In this document: piece after piece, positions 51,301-64,000 of the stretch
Position numbering within the stretch: the first letter of the stretch is position 1
Layout: every line of letters starts with the position of its first letter
Assembly: GCF_001194135.2 (NCBI RefSeq)
Contig: NC_068994.1
Location: forward strand, 48,334,233-48,398,232
Length of the DNA: 64,000 bases
Origin: Octopus bimaculoides
Lineage: Eukaryota
Direction: 5' to 3'
Notes under the pieces: model-generated
The model's database searches: none
Told to the model about the DNA's origin: nothing
Seen by the model: only the letters and a program-made list of their open reading frames with translations
Made by a program: the position numbers and the translations under genes

Positions 51301-51482
51301 GGGCACCACCTTGAAGGGTTTTTGTTGAGCGAATCGACCCGAGTACCTTTTTATTAAAAAAAAAAAAATCGGTATTTATTCTGTCGGTATTTTTTTTGCC
51401 GAACCACTAAATTACAGGGACGTACACAAACCAACATCGGTTGTCAAGTGGTAGTGAGAGACAAACGCAAACACAAAACTGG

Positions 51483-54280
51483 TCGAAATGAGCTGACAAT
51501 GTAAACAAAACTATATCGACGAGCTACCTGACCCAATAGATCTGGATGGTACTCAACTGTCAGTATTAGTGGAAAGTAGAAAGCCAAAATGTCACATATG
51601 TGGATCTATGGCTCACTTAAAGGCTTTCTGCCCTCAAACAAGGAAAACAAAACTCCCACCGCTGCCAACACTACAAACACCACAAACACAGAATCATGAG
51701 GGCGTGCTTAAGCCTGTTACACCTACACCCAAATCAAGAAAACGAAGGAGTTTACTCCCAGCTTCCACGGAAAAGCAAGCTTCTTCTGAACGCCCCACTC
51801 CGCAAACCAACAACAACAGCAATGGCACGGAGAAAGAAGAGCAGACCGAACAACGATCACTGCGGTAAAGGGGGTTGGCAAAAGAGGAGGAGAGTACATA
51901 GTCCTACTCCAAAAACACAGCAAAAAGATACACAAAAACCACAACTGCAGCTCAATTCACAACCACTCCAACAACAACAACAACTACAAAAACAGCAACA
52001 TCATCAACGACAGCATGAAAACTCAGAAACACAGAAGCAACCAATAATGGAACTGCAAAAACAAGAAAATACTTCCAACTACAAGCGAAATGTATCCATC
52101 AATTTCACTGTTGTGAATAAATGCAACAGTGAATTGATGGATTTTGGGGAAGGAAGATGGGTGAACGACGGTAGCAAACTTTAGTTAGTACCTGGACGAA
52201 CGCGAGATGCCGTGAGAAGTCGATGACGGTCACTGAAATAGGGAGGCGATGAGCGATTGCAAGTCGCAAATCACCCTCTTTGGATAGTCTGCCTCATGAA
52301 TTCTATGTATTCATATCAGATTTGATTGGCAGTTTCTTGGCAGACGTCAACCATGACTGGCAGCAGAACGGAAGAATTCTTAGTGCTGTTAGCCGGAGTG
52401 CTGAGAAAGGGCACCGACAATGGGGACGTGCTAGAAAATTTTCGGCCCATAACCCTGCTAAACACAGAATTTAAGGTTTTGGCTAAGGTGTTGGCAAAAA
52501 AGTTGGCGCTTGTTGTCGGTAGTCTGGTTGGAGAGGCGCAAACGTGCGCAATCCTGAATAGGTCTATCCACGACAACCTCCACCTTATGTGATACATCGT
52601 AGATAGGGCTGGGACTAAAGCTGGCTACGGTGGGGTCCTGATCAAAGTAGTTCAGTTAAAAGCATTCGATAGGGTCAACGATTGCTACTTGGACGTCCTT
52701 AAAGCGGCCGGTTACGGACCCGTTTTCAGGGGTTGGAGTGCTGCAATGTACAGTGGTACCTGATCGGTGGTAAAAGTAAACGGCCACCTACTGGAACCGT
52801 TTCGTATCGCACGTTCGGTCCGTTAGAACTGCCTGCTGTCACCTCTCCTGTACGTGCTGGCCCTCGAGCCACTGCTGCGGAAGTTGGAACAGTTAAGGAG
52901 CATCCCTTTCGAAATTGGACTAGTGAGAACAGTGTTAGCGTACACGTACAATGTCACCATCATGGTTTCAGATACCTCAGAAGTGGAGACGGTCGGCTTC
53001 ATTGTAAAGGAATATGAGTCGGTTGCAGGGGCCAAAATAAAAGTCAACAAGTCGGTGGGATTGCGACTGGGTACCTGGAGAGGCAGATCGATGCCGTCGA
53101 ATGGTGTCGTCGGACGCTGGACTGACAGACCAGCTAAACTGCTCGGAGTCTGGCTCGGTCCCAACCTCCAGGTGGATAAGAATTGGGACGAGGTGGCGAA
53201 CAGGGTGGCAAGACTTATCCAGAAATGGAGAGACAAGCTGTTCTTGAAAGGTCGGGCAGAAGTGATGAATGCCTACATCGCTGCCGTCATCATTCATCAC
53301 CTGAACGTTGTTCCTTGCCCCAGTTACTGCTTGATTATGTTGGAGTGTTTCTTGTTCATTTTCTAATGATCAGGCGGACAATCTGCTGCCAGATTCCTCT
53401 GCATGGCGGTTTAGACATGCCATGGCTTTTGATGCGCAGATACGCACTCTGCTTGTGCTACCTGCAATGATTTCTAGACGGTGAACGCGTATGGGATCCC
53501 ATTGTGAGACACGTCTTTCTGCAGCTTGTTTCTTTGACGGAGCTGCAGTCCTGGATGAAGGATAGACTGAGACTGGGTGCTTGGCACCTAGAATGTCGTC
53601 AGGCACTCACTGCCCTCTACCAGTCGGGTCATAGGATTATTAGATGTTCCACTTTAGCCATATATAGAAGATTAGTAGCGGAGAAGTGCGACGACATTCT
53701 CAGAGAGATCCTGGTTGTCGACGAAAACGCACTGGCTACTCTGTTCCCGAAGGTTTTCCAGCCGGGGACAACTATGGATAATCTCCAGATGTCTTTGACC
53801 TGGCAGTTCTACCAGGGGGCAGTACTGGTTCGAGATAAACTCTACAGGCACGGATGTGCTGTCAGATGGGTTTGTCCAAAGTGTGTACAGAGCGACGGAA
53901 CCGTTCTGCATGCACTCGTTCAGTGTTCTGGCATTGCTGACTTGTGGAGTTATGTCGAACAGCTGCTATCATGTGTGGGAGACGGATCCGTCTGTCGGCC
54001 GAGTCCACAGTAATGATTGCCTCTCCGCCCTCCTTTAATCGGGCAGGCAACGCTGTTTTCCTTTGCCTGATGGCTGTGGAAAAGATGGTTGTCTGGTGGA
54101 CGAAACTGAACGGAAAGTGAGGGTGGAGAGGGAGTGGGTGAAAGTTGCGAAAATGGCAAGAGTGGATGGTCCTACTCTAAGTGTAGACCTGTGAGTCGGA
54201 GGGAAAGAGTCGGTATTCCTTGTCCTTGGTATTCAGGTAGACTTGGATGGTGGGGTTCCTCGATTATCCCTAGAGGTAAC
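51483..54280 (+). mobile_element. Degenerate L1/Tx1-type non-LTR retrotransposon (ORF1 zinc knuckle, RT, C-terminal zinc finger; endonuclease region absent)
   Basis: ORF1 has CHICGSMAHLKAFC (CX2CX4HX4C). RT motifs FRPITLLNTEFKVLAKVLAK, IHDNLHL, KAFDRV and LALEPLL are present; YADD has decayed to YTYN. C-terminal CPKC...HALVQC. Many stops and frameshifts. Confidence 0.9.
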
Positions 54281-54625
54281 GCGCACGCACACACACACAC
54301 ACACACGCACGCACACACAATCCCCTCACATATAGATATAAGGGTATTAGCGATAGAACCTGTATTCATATTGAAAAGCAATCTTTATATCCAGGCTCAA
54401 CTTACTTTAAGAATGCCATAAATTGCAGTATTCGCCCCGCGAAAGCATCTCATGCAGAAGTACAGTGCTAAAAGGCACAGAATATCGGTAGCAGACAGAA
54501 GAATGTCCACACCAGTGCTGAAATTACTAGATCACGTTATTTCAACGTGTTTGTATTTCATCAGCTCAGGTATCCACTATCACCGTCTGCTATACGAAAC
54601 ACACACGCGCACGCACGTACACACA

Positions 54626-54714
<89 letters not shown>

Positions 54715-54745
54715 TCTGAAATGTACAGTATTATATATCCATCAC

Positions 54746-54836
54746 GGCTGATCTTACCAATCGGTTTCGCGCTAGGAATACAACGGAGTGTTAGGTAACA
54801 ATCCGGCTATATAACCTTACGCTCATCAGAGTTAGC
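54746..54836 (-). ncRNA. Type I hammerhead ribozyme motif
   Basis: Minus strand reads gctaact-CUGAUGA-GCG...CGC-GAAA-CC-gauu-GG-UA|-AGAUCAGC. All conserved core nucleotides are present, with G10.1-C11.1, a 3-bp stem III with tetraloop, a GUA cleavage triplet, an imperfect stem I and a long paired stem II. Folded by hand. Confidence 0.7.
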
Positions 54837-55015
54837 AGATATGAAAAGTAATATGGCGACTGATCTCTATTGTCGGAGGCGAATGGGCACATCCGGTTTG
54901 CGGTTGCTGTGTGTATGTATGTATGTGTGTGTGTGTATATACACATACACACACATGTATTATACATAGTATAATACATGTGTGTGTATGTATGCATGTA
55001 TGTATGTGTGTGCGC

Positions 55016-55078
<63 letters not shown>

Positions 55079-56001
55079 TATATTATACATACATACATGC
55101 ATACACACACACATACACACATATAGATAGTATTTGCCTGTGTATAGGGTGCACTCACGCATAAGATGCACTCCTATTTTCCGAGTATATTTTGTATTTT
55201 TTAGGGAAAACGAATTTAGCATGTTTCCTTTATGCACTAATTCAAAGATATTTCTAAGTATTTTTGTGAGGGAAATTGTTTCATTCTGTCCATGCATATG
55301 TAGTGCTGTAACAGTATATTCGAACGATAAAATTATGAAACCATAAATTTATACAGAAACTAAATATATGAGTACCGTGTTTCAATGTTATCTTCTTTCA
55401 GAGCGACTGTAGTTGCTTATATTTTTGGTAAAGAGTTGTATGGCCATAAAGGATGTAAGACTCGTATTTATGTCTGTGATGTTTTGTGTTGCCGCTAATT
55501 GCCACCCCCTTGGTCCATCACCGCTGAAGCCTTAATACTTCTTTCCTCTTTCTAGGATAATCTTCACTTAGATTTTCTTTTAAAACATGTTTCTTAAAGG
55601 TAACACAGTCTTTAAATAATGTAAAACACATATTAGGTGGGGGTTATGCATGATGGAAAAGGAAGTATAATGAGATGATGCGATCTCTCCACATAACTGT
55701 CGACACACCGTAAGAGATTTTCCTTAAGTTTGTGCTAACAGATTGTGGTATTCTGGCTTATTTTCATTATTTATTTTATTAGTAACAATTATTGTATTAA
55801 GTGGACTGATGCTCATTCGGTCTCCCATCAATAAATACGGCTGCATTAGGCGCAGATAAATTTTTTGATTCACATAAAAGTAAAAAAAGCATCTTATATG
55901 CCTGCAAATANNNNNNNNNNNNNNNNNNNNNNNNNNNNNNNNNNNNNNNNNNNNNNNNNNNNNNNNNNNNNNNNNNNNNNNNNNNNNNNNNNNNNNNNNN
56001 N

Positions 56002-56041
<40 letters not shown>

Positions 56042-56210
56042 TATGTATATGTATTTAATCCATAATCGTTAGTCCGACAAAATATGTGTTGTCGAAATAA
56101 CAATTATGGTTTAAATGTTTATGCATTCTCGTTGAGCTCTATATAACCACCGGACGGAGGTTCTTGGAATTAGACATCTCTTGGAATACATACATACACA
56201 CACACATACA

Positions 56211-56241
<31 letters not shown>

Positions 56242-56289
56242 GTACAGACAGACATGCATACAATCATACACGCATACCACATATACACA

Positions 56290-56800
56290 CTTGGTGCAAC
56301 CCTCAGGCATCAGTCTGCCGACCGGCGGCGTCTATTGCAGTCATATTACCACGTTGTGTATCTTTGTTTTGCAGTGCTTCTTTCCTGTTCGTCGATTTTT
56401 GTGATGGCTGAGACGAAGGAACAGCGTGCTTTCGTGAAATTCTGTTTTCTACTTGGGAAAACGGCCGCCGAAACAGTTGTCATGCTTCAAACAGCTTACA
56501 AGGACGCTCCATGAGTAAAACACAAGTTTACGAGTGGTTTCCACCCTTTAGGAATGGTCACTTGTCGCTTGAAGACCAACCTCGTTCAAGACGACCGTCG
56601 ACCTTCCGAACGAATGAAAACACGAAAATTCAGGAACTGTTCTTGGTGGAAAGTCATCGAACAATTGACGAACTTGTTGATATGACTGGTGTGTCCTGGA
56701 GCTCCTGCCAACGACTTTTCAGCAAAGAATTGCGAATGAAAAGAGTTGCAGCAAAATTTGTGCCTCGTTTACTCACGGAAGATCAAAAGCAGTCATGACT
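56290..56800 (+). mobile_element. Mariner transposase relic, 5' half (HTH region), frameshifted and truncated
   Basis: MAETKEQRAFVKFCFLLGKTAAETVVML..AY, frameshift, then MSKTQVYEWF..F..G..SLED.PRS.RP...KRVAAKFVPRLLT. This is the classic mariner N-terminus. Confidence 0.88.
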
Positions 56801-57783
56801 GAATATTCTGAAGGCGATAAAAGTGTAAATATATAAAACTAAATGAATTAAATAATATTGCAAAATTCCGGTTTCTTCTNNNNNNNNNNNNNNNNNNNNN
56901 NNNNNNNNNNNNNNNNNNNNNNNNNNNNNNNNNNNNNNNNNNNNNNNNNNNNNNNNNNNNNNNNNNNNNNNNNNNNNNNNNNNNNNNNNNNNNNNNNNNN
57001 NNNNNNNNNNNNNNNNNNNNNNNNNNNNNNNNNNNNNNNNNNNNNNNNNNNNNNNNNNNNNNNNNNNNNNNNNNNNNNNNNNNNNNNNNNNNNNNNNNNN
57101 NNNNNNNNNNNNNNNNNNNNNNNNNNNNNNNNNNNNNNNNNNNNNNNNNNNNNNNNNNNNNNNNNNNNNNNNNNNNNNNNNNNNNNNNNNNNNNNNNNNN
57201 NNNNNNNNNNNNNNNNNNNNNNNNNNNNNNNNNNNNNNCCTTATAATTTAACACACTTACCAGTAAAACTTCCACTTATTCGTTATTTTTATTTTCCTAA
57301 AATTTTTGTTACGTCTTGCAACCTTTTAAATAGTCTTGACTCTCGAGTCAAGACTATTGAAAATATACCACCTTTTCAATAGTCTTGACTCTTGAGTCAA
57401 GATATTGAAAATATACCACATGCACTGACCTGTAATTCTCATACTTGCAACGTCTGTGGCTTGTTTTGCAAATTATTGAGTGACAAAAAAAAAAAAAAGT
57501 ACGTTGTCAGAGCTTCATATGTCGAAGAGATATATATGTTGATATAGGGCCTTGTTCAAAACGATAGAATTCATATCTCCACAGGGCAGGGCATACACAC
57601 TTATTTAAGCTTGAAAACTCTATTAATTTCATTTTAACCAACACTGACGATTCTTTGTTTACTGAAACTGTTTTTTTTTTGTTTTTTAATTTTCATATAT
57701 TTATTTACAACGGAAATACACAGATAAACATGCTCCGGATTTTTTTTATCAGTTCACAAGATTAGAGCATCCAGACGTGTATT

Positions 57784-57899
57784 TTAACTGATTAAATCTA
57801 CATCCTTGGGTTTCAACATTCTCGATATTTCATGGATGACACCGTTCGTTGCGGGAATGTCTCGGCTGATGATGCGGGCACCCTCTACTTTGATGGTAC
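57784..57899 (-). CDS. FAS1 protein A terminal exon
   Basis: cttttcacag acceptor. Translates GTIKVEGARIISRDIPATNGVIHEISRMLKPKDVDLIS then TAA. AATAAA at 57700-57705 (-). Confidence 0.93.
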
Positions 57900-58589
57900 C
57901 TGTGAAAAGTTTAAGTAGAAAGTATTATTTGCATGCATATGTAGGTACAGGTGTGTGTGTGTGTGTGTAAGTATATATATATATNNNNNNNNNNNNNNNN
58001 NNNNNNNNNNNNNNNNNNNNNNNNNNNNNNNNNNNNNNNNNNNNNNNNNNNNNNNNNNNNNNNNNNNNNNNNNNNNNNNNNNNNNNNNNNNNNNNNNNNN
58101 NNNNNNNNNNNNNNNNNNNNNNNNNNNNNNNNNNNNNNNNNNNNNNNNNNNNNNNNNNNNNNNNNNNNNNNNNNNNNNNNNNNNNNNNNNNNNNNNNNNN
58201 NNNNNNNNNNNNNNNNNNNNNNNNNNNNNNNNNNNNNNNNNNNNNNNNNNNNNNNNNNNNNNNNNNNNNNNNNNNNNNNNNNNNNNNNNNNNNNNNNNNN
58301 NNNNNNNNNNNNNNNNNNNNNNNNNNNNNNNNNNNNNNNNNNNNNNNNNNNNNNNNNNNNNNNNNNNNNNNNNNNNNNNNNNNNNNNNNNNNNNNNNNNN
58401 NNNNNNNNNNNNNNNNNNNNNNNNNNNNNNNNNNNNNNNNNNNNNNNNNNNNNNNNNNNNNNNNNNNNNNNNNNNNNNNNNNNNNNNNNNNNNNNNNNNN
58501 NNNNNNNNNNNNNNNNNNNNNNNNNNNNNNNNNNNNNNNNNNNNNNNNNNNNNNNNNNNNNNNNNNNNNNNNNNNNNNNNNNNNNNNNN

Positions 58590-58665
<76 letters not shown>

Positions 58666-58744
58666 GGTGAGAGAGAAACAAAGAAAGGATGATTGAAGAA
58701 ATTAAAAAATTGATAAGAAATGAAAGTAACAGTGGAATTCTTAC

Positions 58745-58858
58745 CGAAAAAGCCTTCTGTGATGAGAAGTTTGTCACCCTCTGCGAGAGTTTGCAGGTAT
58801 GTTGTATGCATTCCAGCCATCCACAGGATTCCGTGAACAATGTGGTACTTCATCAGAA
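58745..58858 (-). CDS. FAS1 protein A exon (YH motif of domain 2)
   Basis: ttctgtcatctag acceptor. Translates VLMKYHIVHGILWMAGMHTTYLQTLAEGDKLLITEGFF. G|gtaaga donor. Confidence 0.93.
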
Positions 58859-59931
58859 CTAGATGACAGAAAGAAAGAGTGACAACATTTCATGCTTAAT
58901 GTTCTTCATTCTTCAATGTATTTAGAAATGAAATAATAATTTCTTAATTATTGATAAAATAATTTTATGTATACAAGCCACTGATATACTGTACTAGACA
59001 GTATTTATTAAGATTTTAAGTAAGCCATTAATAATTGTGGGTTTATACATTAGAGAATCCGTGAACATCTAAAGTCGCTAGTCAGTCATTGAGAAAATCT
59101 CATTGCAGTATTTAAAATGGTTTTGCTGACCCCTCTTTTTCTGCCCACGAAATTATTGAGTATAAAGGTAAGGTGTTTAGAGTTCTCAGTACACGTACTG
59201 CTGATTAAAATCTTTAGACGTATTCTACAATTTAATATAACACTGAAACAAAGCACTGTTAACGCATTAGTAATTTAATAATCCGTTGAGTGTGACCCAA
59301 CCCAAAATGTTGCCAATGATTATTTTATCATCTCTGGAGAAATGAAATGCAAATGCCTGCGGCTGGATTTGAACTCAGGATGAAAAGAGACATCAGTAAC
59401 TACTGTTTTGCATTTAGCATGGTAATCCGACGTGTAGGATTTTTAGAACGGAAATTGTGTTTCCCAACAGCATTAGTAAAAGTGTAAGTAAAGCGAAATG
59501 ATTTTAAACCAGGAATTGAAACCTGGAACTCACACGCGGCTTACGAACTCGATGAGGTTCAACATCGTGATGGCGTTGAAGTTAGATTTCTCCTCTGCTA
59601 CACTCAATTAAATTATAAGCCGGATATGACATAGAAGGCATGAGATTAAGTGAGATTAAACACAAATATTAAACAATTTCTCGGTTGGATAATTTCTCCA
59701 TTTCCTTCAGAAATACGTTACCGTCTGCAGGATTGATAATTCAATTAGATAGCGCTACTTTTCATGATTATACCTAACAGTTCAATTTCGTTGATTAGCT
59801 TGGTTTCCTTGACTGTATATGTCATAATATCGGAGAGTATGATGATGTTCGCTTTGTCGTTTTCTGTAACTATTTGTTGTGCATAATTTCCAGTGTATGA
59901 AAGTCTCGTTACATTTAAAATTAGAATTAAA

Positions 59932-59980
<49 letters not shown>

Positions 59981-60301
59981 GGTTTGAGAAATATATCACG
60001 CATTTCCAACAAGCCATCAATTGTTCACCGTATTGTCAAGAATGTATGTGATGTGACAAGAGGTGTTCGTGTGTTTATATGTTTCAGAAGCTTCGTCCGT
60101 TGAGATTGTAGATTCTTGTAATTTGTTTCATAAAATGTGTACTGAAAAATCTCAGCGAACGTGTGGACGAAAGCTTCCTGTACTCATTTCGCGATGCATT
60201 ATGGGGATGCATGTTAATGTGAACGTACAAAGGCACAAACTAAAGTATACAAAGGCAACATTTCAAAATGGCGCTAAGAGCGATTGAGTTTCAATTCTTA
60301 C

Positions 60302-60400
60302 CTTCGGCCAAGGCACCATCGTTTTCGATACGCTGCAAAGTGCTGTTGCTGAAATGGTGAAATGCATCGTTGTTCGGTACGAAGACAGTGTAGGGACCAT
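60302..60400 (-). CDS. FAS1 protein A exon (H1 of domain 2)
   Basis: acctttcag acceptor. Translates NGPYTVFVPNNDAFHHFSNSTLQRIENDGALAE. G|gtaaga donor. Confidence 0.93.
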
Positions 60401-60591
60401 CTGAAAGGTTGAGAAGAATTGTAGCAGTTAGGTTATTTATTACAACGAATGTAAGAGTCCCTTCCCCAGTTACTCAATAAATGTAGTTGAGTGTATTTAT
60501 TTCAATCTGAGTTTTCAGTCTATCGCTACTCTAAGGTTATTGTTATAACGTGCTAAGGATTCTGTCAGCTTGCCATCTTTAAACAATGTTT

Positions 60592-60809
60592 TATATTGGT
60601 TTCAAATTTTAGCACCAAGCCAGCAATTTCGAGGAGAGGCTAAGTCGAATACATCGATCCCAGTGCTCAACTGGTTCTTATTTTATCGATCTCGAAAGGA
60701 TGAAAGACAAAGTCGACTTCGACGGAATTTGAACTCAGAAAGTAAAGATGGACAAAATGCCGCTAAGTGATTTGTCCGGCATGCTAACCATTCTACCAGC
60801 TTGCCGCTT
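60592..60809 (-). mobile_element. Abundant SINE family copy
   Basis: Same family, in an intron of FAS1 gene A. Confidence 0.8.
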
Positions 60810-61402
60810 GAAACAATATTTTATATTGATATATATTTTACAATGTTTTCGAACCAATATAGGCGAGAATCGTCTGTGTCTATGTGTAGCTATGTTGAAA
60901 AGAATAAGTTAAAGAGATTGAGATCAGTCCGGTTCTGCTCACGGAACTACTCTGTTGATATCAGTATTAATCTGGGTTTACTCCTGTGCATACACTGTAC
61001 AACCAATCAGAAGAATATTAGTTTAATTTAACTTTTATCCTTTACTTGGTTCAGTCGTTAGACTGCGGCCACGCTGGGGCACCGCTTTGTAGAGTATTTA
61101 GTGTGGATTAATAAGGAGACCAATGGTTTTATGTTCATCTCATGCAAAGTATTTGGGAATATTGGTACATGTCTCCTTTTTGGATGAGAGTACCAAAATG
61201 TATGTGTGTATGTATTTATGTATCTATGTGTGCGCACGCGCGTTCACACAAAAATATACTATATGTAACATACTTTAGTTGTCGTTTAACCCTAGGCTAG
61301 TTCTTTTCGAGCAGACCTATGAAAGAAGGCGCCTCAGATGTGACCGTCTGTCATTCTGTATACGGACTGCATTGTCCAATGTGTTCAGTTTGTGAAGTTT
61401 TA

Positions 61403-61435
<33 letters not shown>

Positions 61436-61498
61436 CGTGCGTGTGTGTGCGTGTGTATGTGTATGTGTGTGATTGAGTGAGATTTGGCTCCAACTTAC

Positions 61499-61685
61499 TC
61501 TCTAATTCTTTGTGCAAGTTGGTCTTCTTAAGCAGAGCTGCCATGATGGAATATCTCGGAGTGTTGAGTATAGTGTTGTACAGGTTGTCGGTTGGAGCAA
61601 GCATCACTTCATCTATGATGTGTAGAACACCGTTAGTGGCCACATTGTCGACGCTTACTAGTTCACAGCCTTCAACAGTGACAGC
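61499..61685 (-). CDS. FAS1 protein A exon (H2 of domain 1)
   Basis: ttttttgtag acceptor. Translates AVTVEGCELVSVDNVATNGVLHIIDEVML...LHKELE. A|gtaagt donor; phase 0/1. Confidence 0.95.
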
Positions 61686-61884
61686 CTACAAAAAAGAAAG
61701 AAAGAAATATTTATCACCAATAGTAGCTATCGCAAACAAATTGAAACCTCGAACAGATGTAAATCTTTAAAAAAAGAAAAAACAGTTTAGTTTCTAAAGA
61801 TGAGTTTTATACTCTAAGAACGATAATCTCATAAGCCAATACATCAATACACAATCATGCGGGAATGAAACCAATAAAATAGTG

Positions 61885-62464
<580 letters not shown>

Positions 62465-63024
62465 NNNNNNNNNNNNNNNNNNNNNNNNNNNNNNNNNNNN
62501 NNNNNNNNNNNNNNNNNNNNNNNNNNNNNNNNNNNNNNNNNNNNNNNNNNNNNNNNNNNNNNNNNNNNNNNNNNNNNNNNNNNNNNNNNNNNNNNNNNNN
62601 NNNNNNNNNNNNNNNNNNNNNNNNNNNNNNNNNNNNNNNNNNNNNNNNNNNNNNNNNNNNNNNNNNNNNNNNNNNNNNNNNNNNNNNNNNNNNNNNNNNN
62701 NNNNNNNNNNNNNNNNNNNNNNNNNNNNNNNNNNNNNNNNNNNNNNNNNNNNNNNNNNNNNNNNNNNNNNNNNNNNNNNNNNNNNNNNNNNNNNNNNNNN
62801 NNNNNNNNNNNNNNNNNNNNNNNNNNNNNNNNNNNNNNNNNNNNNNNNNNNNNNNNNNNNNNNNNNNNNNNNNNNNNNNNNNNNNNNNNNNNNNNNNNNN
62901 NNNNNNNNNNNNNNNNNNNNNNNNNNNNNNNNNNNNNNNNNNNNNNNNNNNNNNNNNNNNNNNNNGGGCGAAATACCACTAAGCATTTCACCCGGCGTGC
63001 TAACGTTTCTGCCAGCTCGCCGCC

Positions 63025-63086
<62 letters not shown>

Positions 63087-63295
63087 TTCTAACATTGGCA
63101 GAATACTACGGATTCTGATGGTTGAGAGCAGTAGATAAATCTTCTGAATATCTGAGTGGTCCTTTTGTTATGGAATCTTGAAAGCAGAATTGATTTTTGT
63201 ATGATTTGGGATTGAATTCAGACGATAATTACGCAACTAAATATGGAAATTTGGTCAATACTCTTCTAGTTTTGACAATTCATTAAAATTGGATT

Positions 63296-63477
63296 CCGGA
63301 TCTACTCGTGTATAAGTTACTCTATGTTATACTCAAATTGTAGCTGAAAAAAAAAAAAACCCATCAGGGGTGCGACTTATACATGGGGCGAAACTAAAGC
63401 CATTATTTAGAAAAAATATTTGGTACCAAGATTTAACACTAAATTAGGGTACGATTTAAACACGAGTAAATATGGTA
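63296..63477. mobile_element. Short non-autonomous Tc/pogo-like DNA transposon
   Basis: Imperfect TIRs tactcgtgtataag and acacgagtaaatatggta, with an internal ggtgcgacttatac. It ends 20 bp from the donor of exon 63498-63715. Confidence 0.45.
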
Positions 63478-63497
63478 TATATGTATATATATTTTAC

Positions 63498-63715
63498 CCG
63501 TTTCACTCGGTAAACATTCACACGGATCTTCGGCCCAGATACGGAAGTTAATTCCATATCATTTTTCTGAAGGTCTTTGTACATAAATATGCCTTGTACA
63601 ACATGGTATTTAAGAAAGGCTTCCAGGGCAACAGAATCGTTTTTCAACTCCTGAAGAAAGGAATGACCCATTTCGTCAAAGGCCTCATCAGTCGGTGCAA
63701 AGATAGTCCATTGTC
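63498..63715 (-). CDS. Fasciclin (FAS1) domain protein A, first exon in window (gene continues beyond the window end)
   Basis: tttctttaaag acceptor. Translates QWTIFAPTDEAFDEMGHSF...EAFLKYHVVQG...KIRVNVYRVKR. CGG|gtaaaa donor. Confidence 0.94.
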
Positions 63716-64000
63716 CTTTAAAGAAATACAGAGAGAATTATATATATGCATATATACACACACACACATATGCACACACACATATACATACATACATACA
63801 TATATACATACATCCATCCATCCATACATACACACACACACACATACACGCACACACACACATACACGCACACACACACATATATATATAACATACACGT
63901 ACATATGCATATATATATATGTATATATATATATGTGTGTGTATATATATGCATATGTATGTGTGTATATATGTATGTATATATATATATATATATATAT

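Noticed and set aside
61477-61770. 97-aa plus-strand ORF
   Set aside because: It is the antisense shadow of the FAS1-A exon 61499-61685.
62966-63075. Exact repeat of 62261-62320 plus (AAT)n on the far side of a gap
   Set aside because: Identical sequence on both sides of an N gap is most likely a scaffolding overlap artefact, not a real duplication.
63665-63691. CUGAUGAG...CGAAA hammerhead-like string on the minus strand
   Set aside because: It lies inside the FAS1 coding motif PTDEAFDEM. Stems II and III do not form, so it is explained by codon content.

Overview
Eukaryotic, AT-rich, microsatellite- and SINE-dense genomic DNA with many N gaps, so a short-read assembly. The repeat families look cephalopod, probably Octopus; that is inferred from recalled repeat patterns, not a search. 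I reconstructed three spliced genes by hand. (1) A complete 7-exon LAPTM4-family lysosomal tetraspanning-membrane gene on + (13076-31250, 299 aa). (2) A secreted two-FAS1-domain (fasciclin) gene on - (47528-38933), with one expected exon missing, probably in an assembly gap. (3) The 3' five exons of a tandem FAS1 paralog on - (63715-57784) with matching exon phases. Transposon relics include two mariner fragments, a dead rearranged L1/Tx1-type LINE, an RLE-type (R2/NeSL/HERO-like) LINE fragment and many tRNA-derived SINEs, two with perfect target-site duplications. The most notable unannotated signal is a type I hammerhead ribozyme motif at 54746-54836 (-). It has a complete catalytic core and an unusually long, well-paired stem II. 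Two further hammerhead-like relics (49.5 kb, inside a 138-bp inverted repeat; 39.6 kb) and several unexplained hairpins also occur. No CRISPR, rRNA or bona fide tRNA genes were seen.
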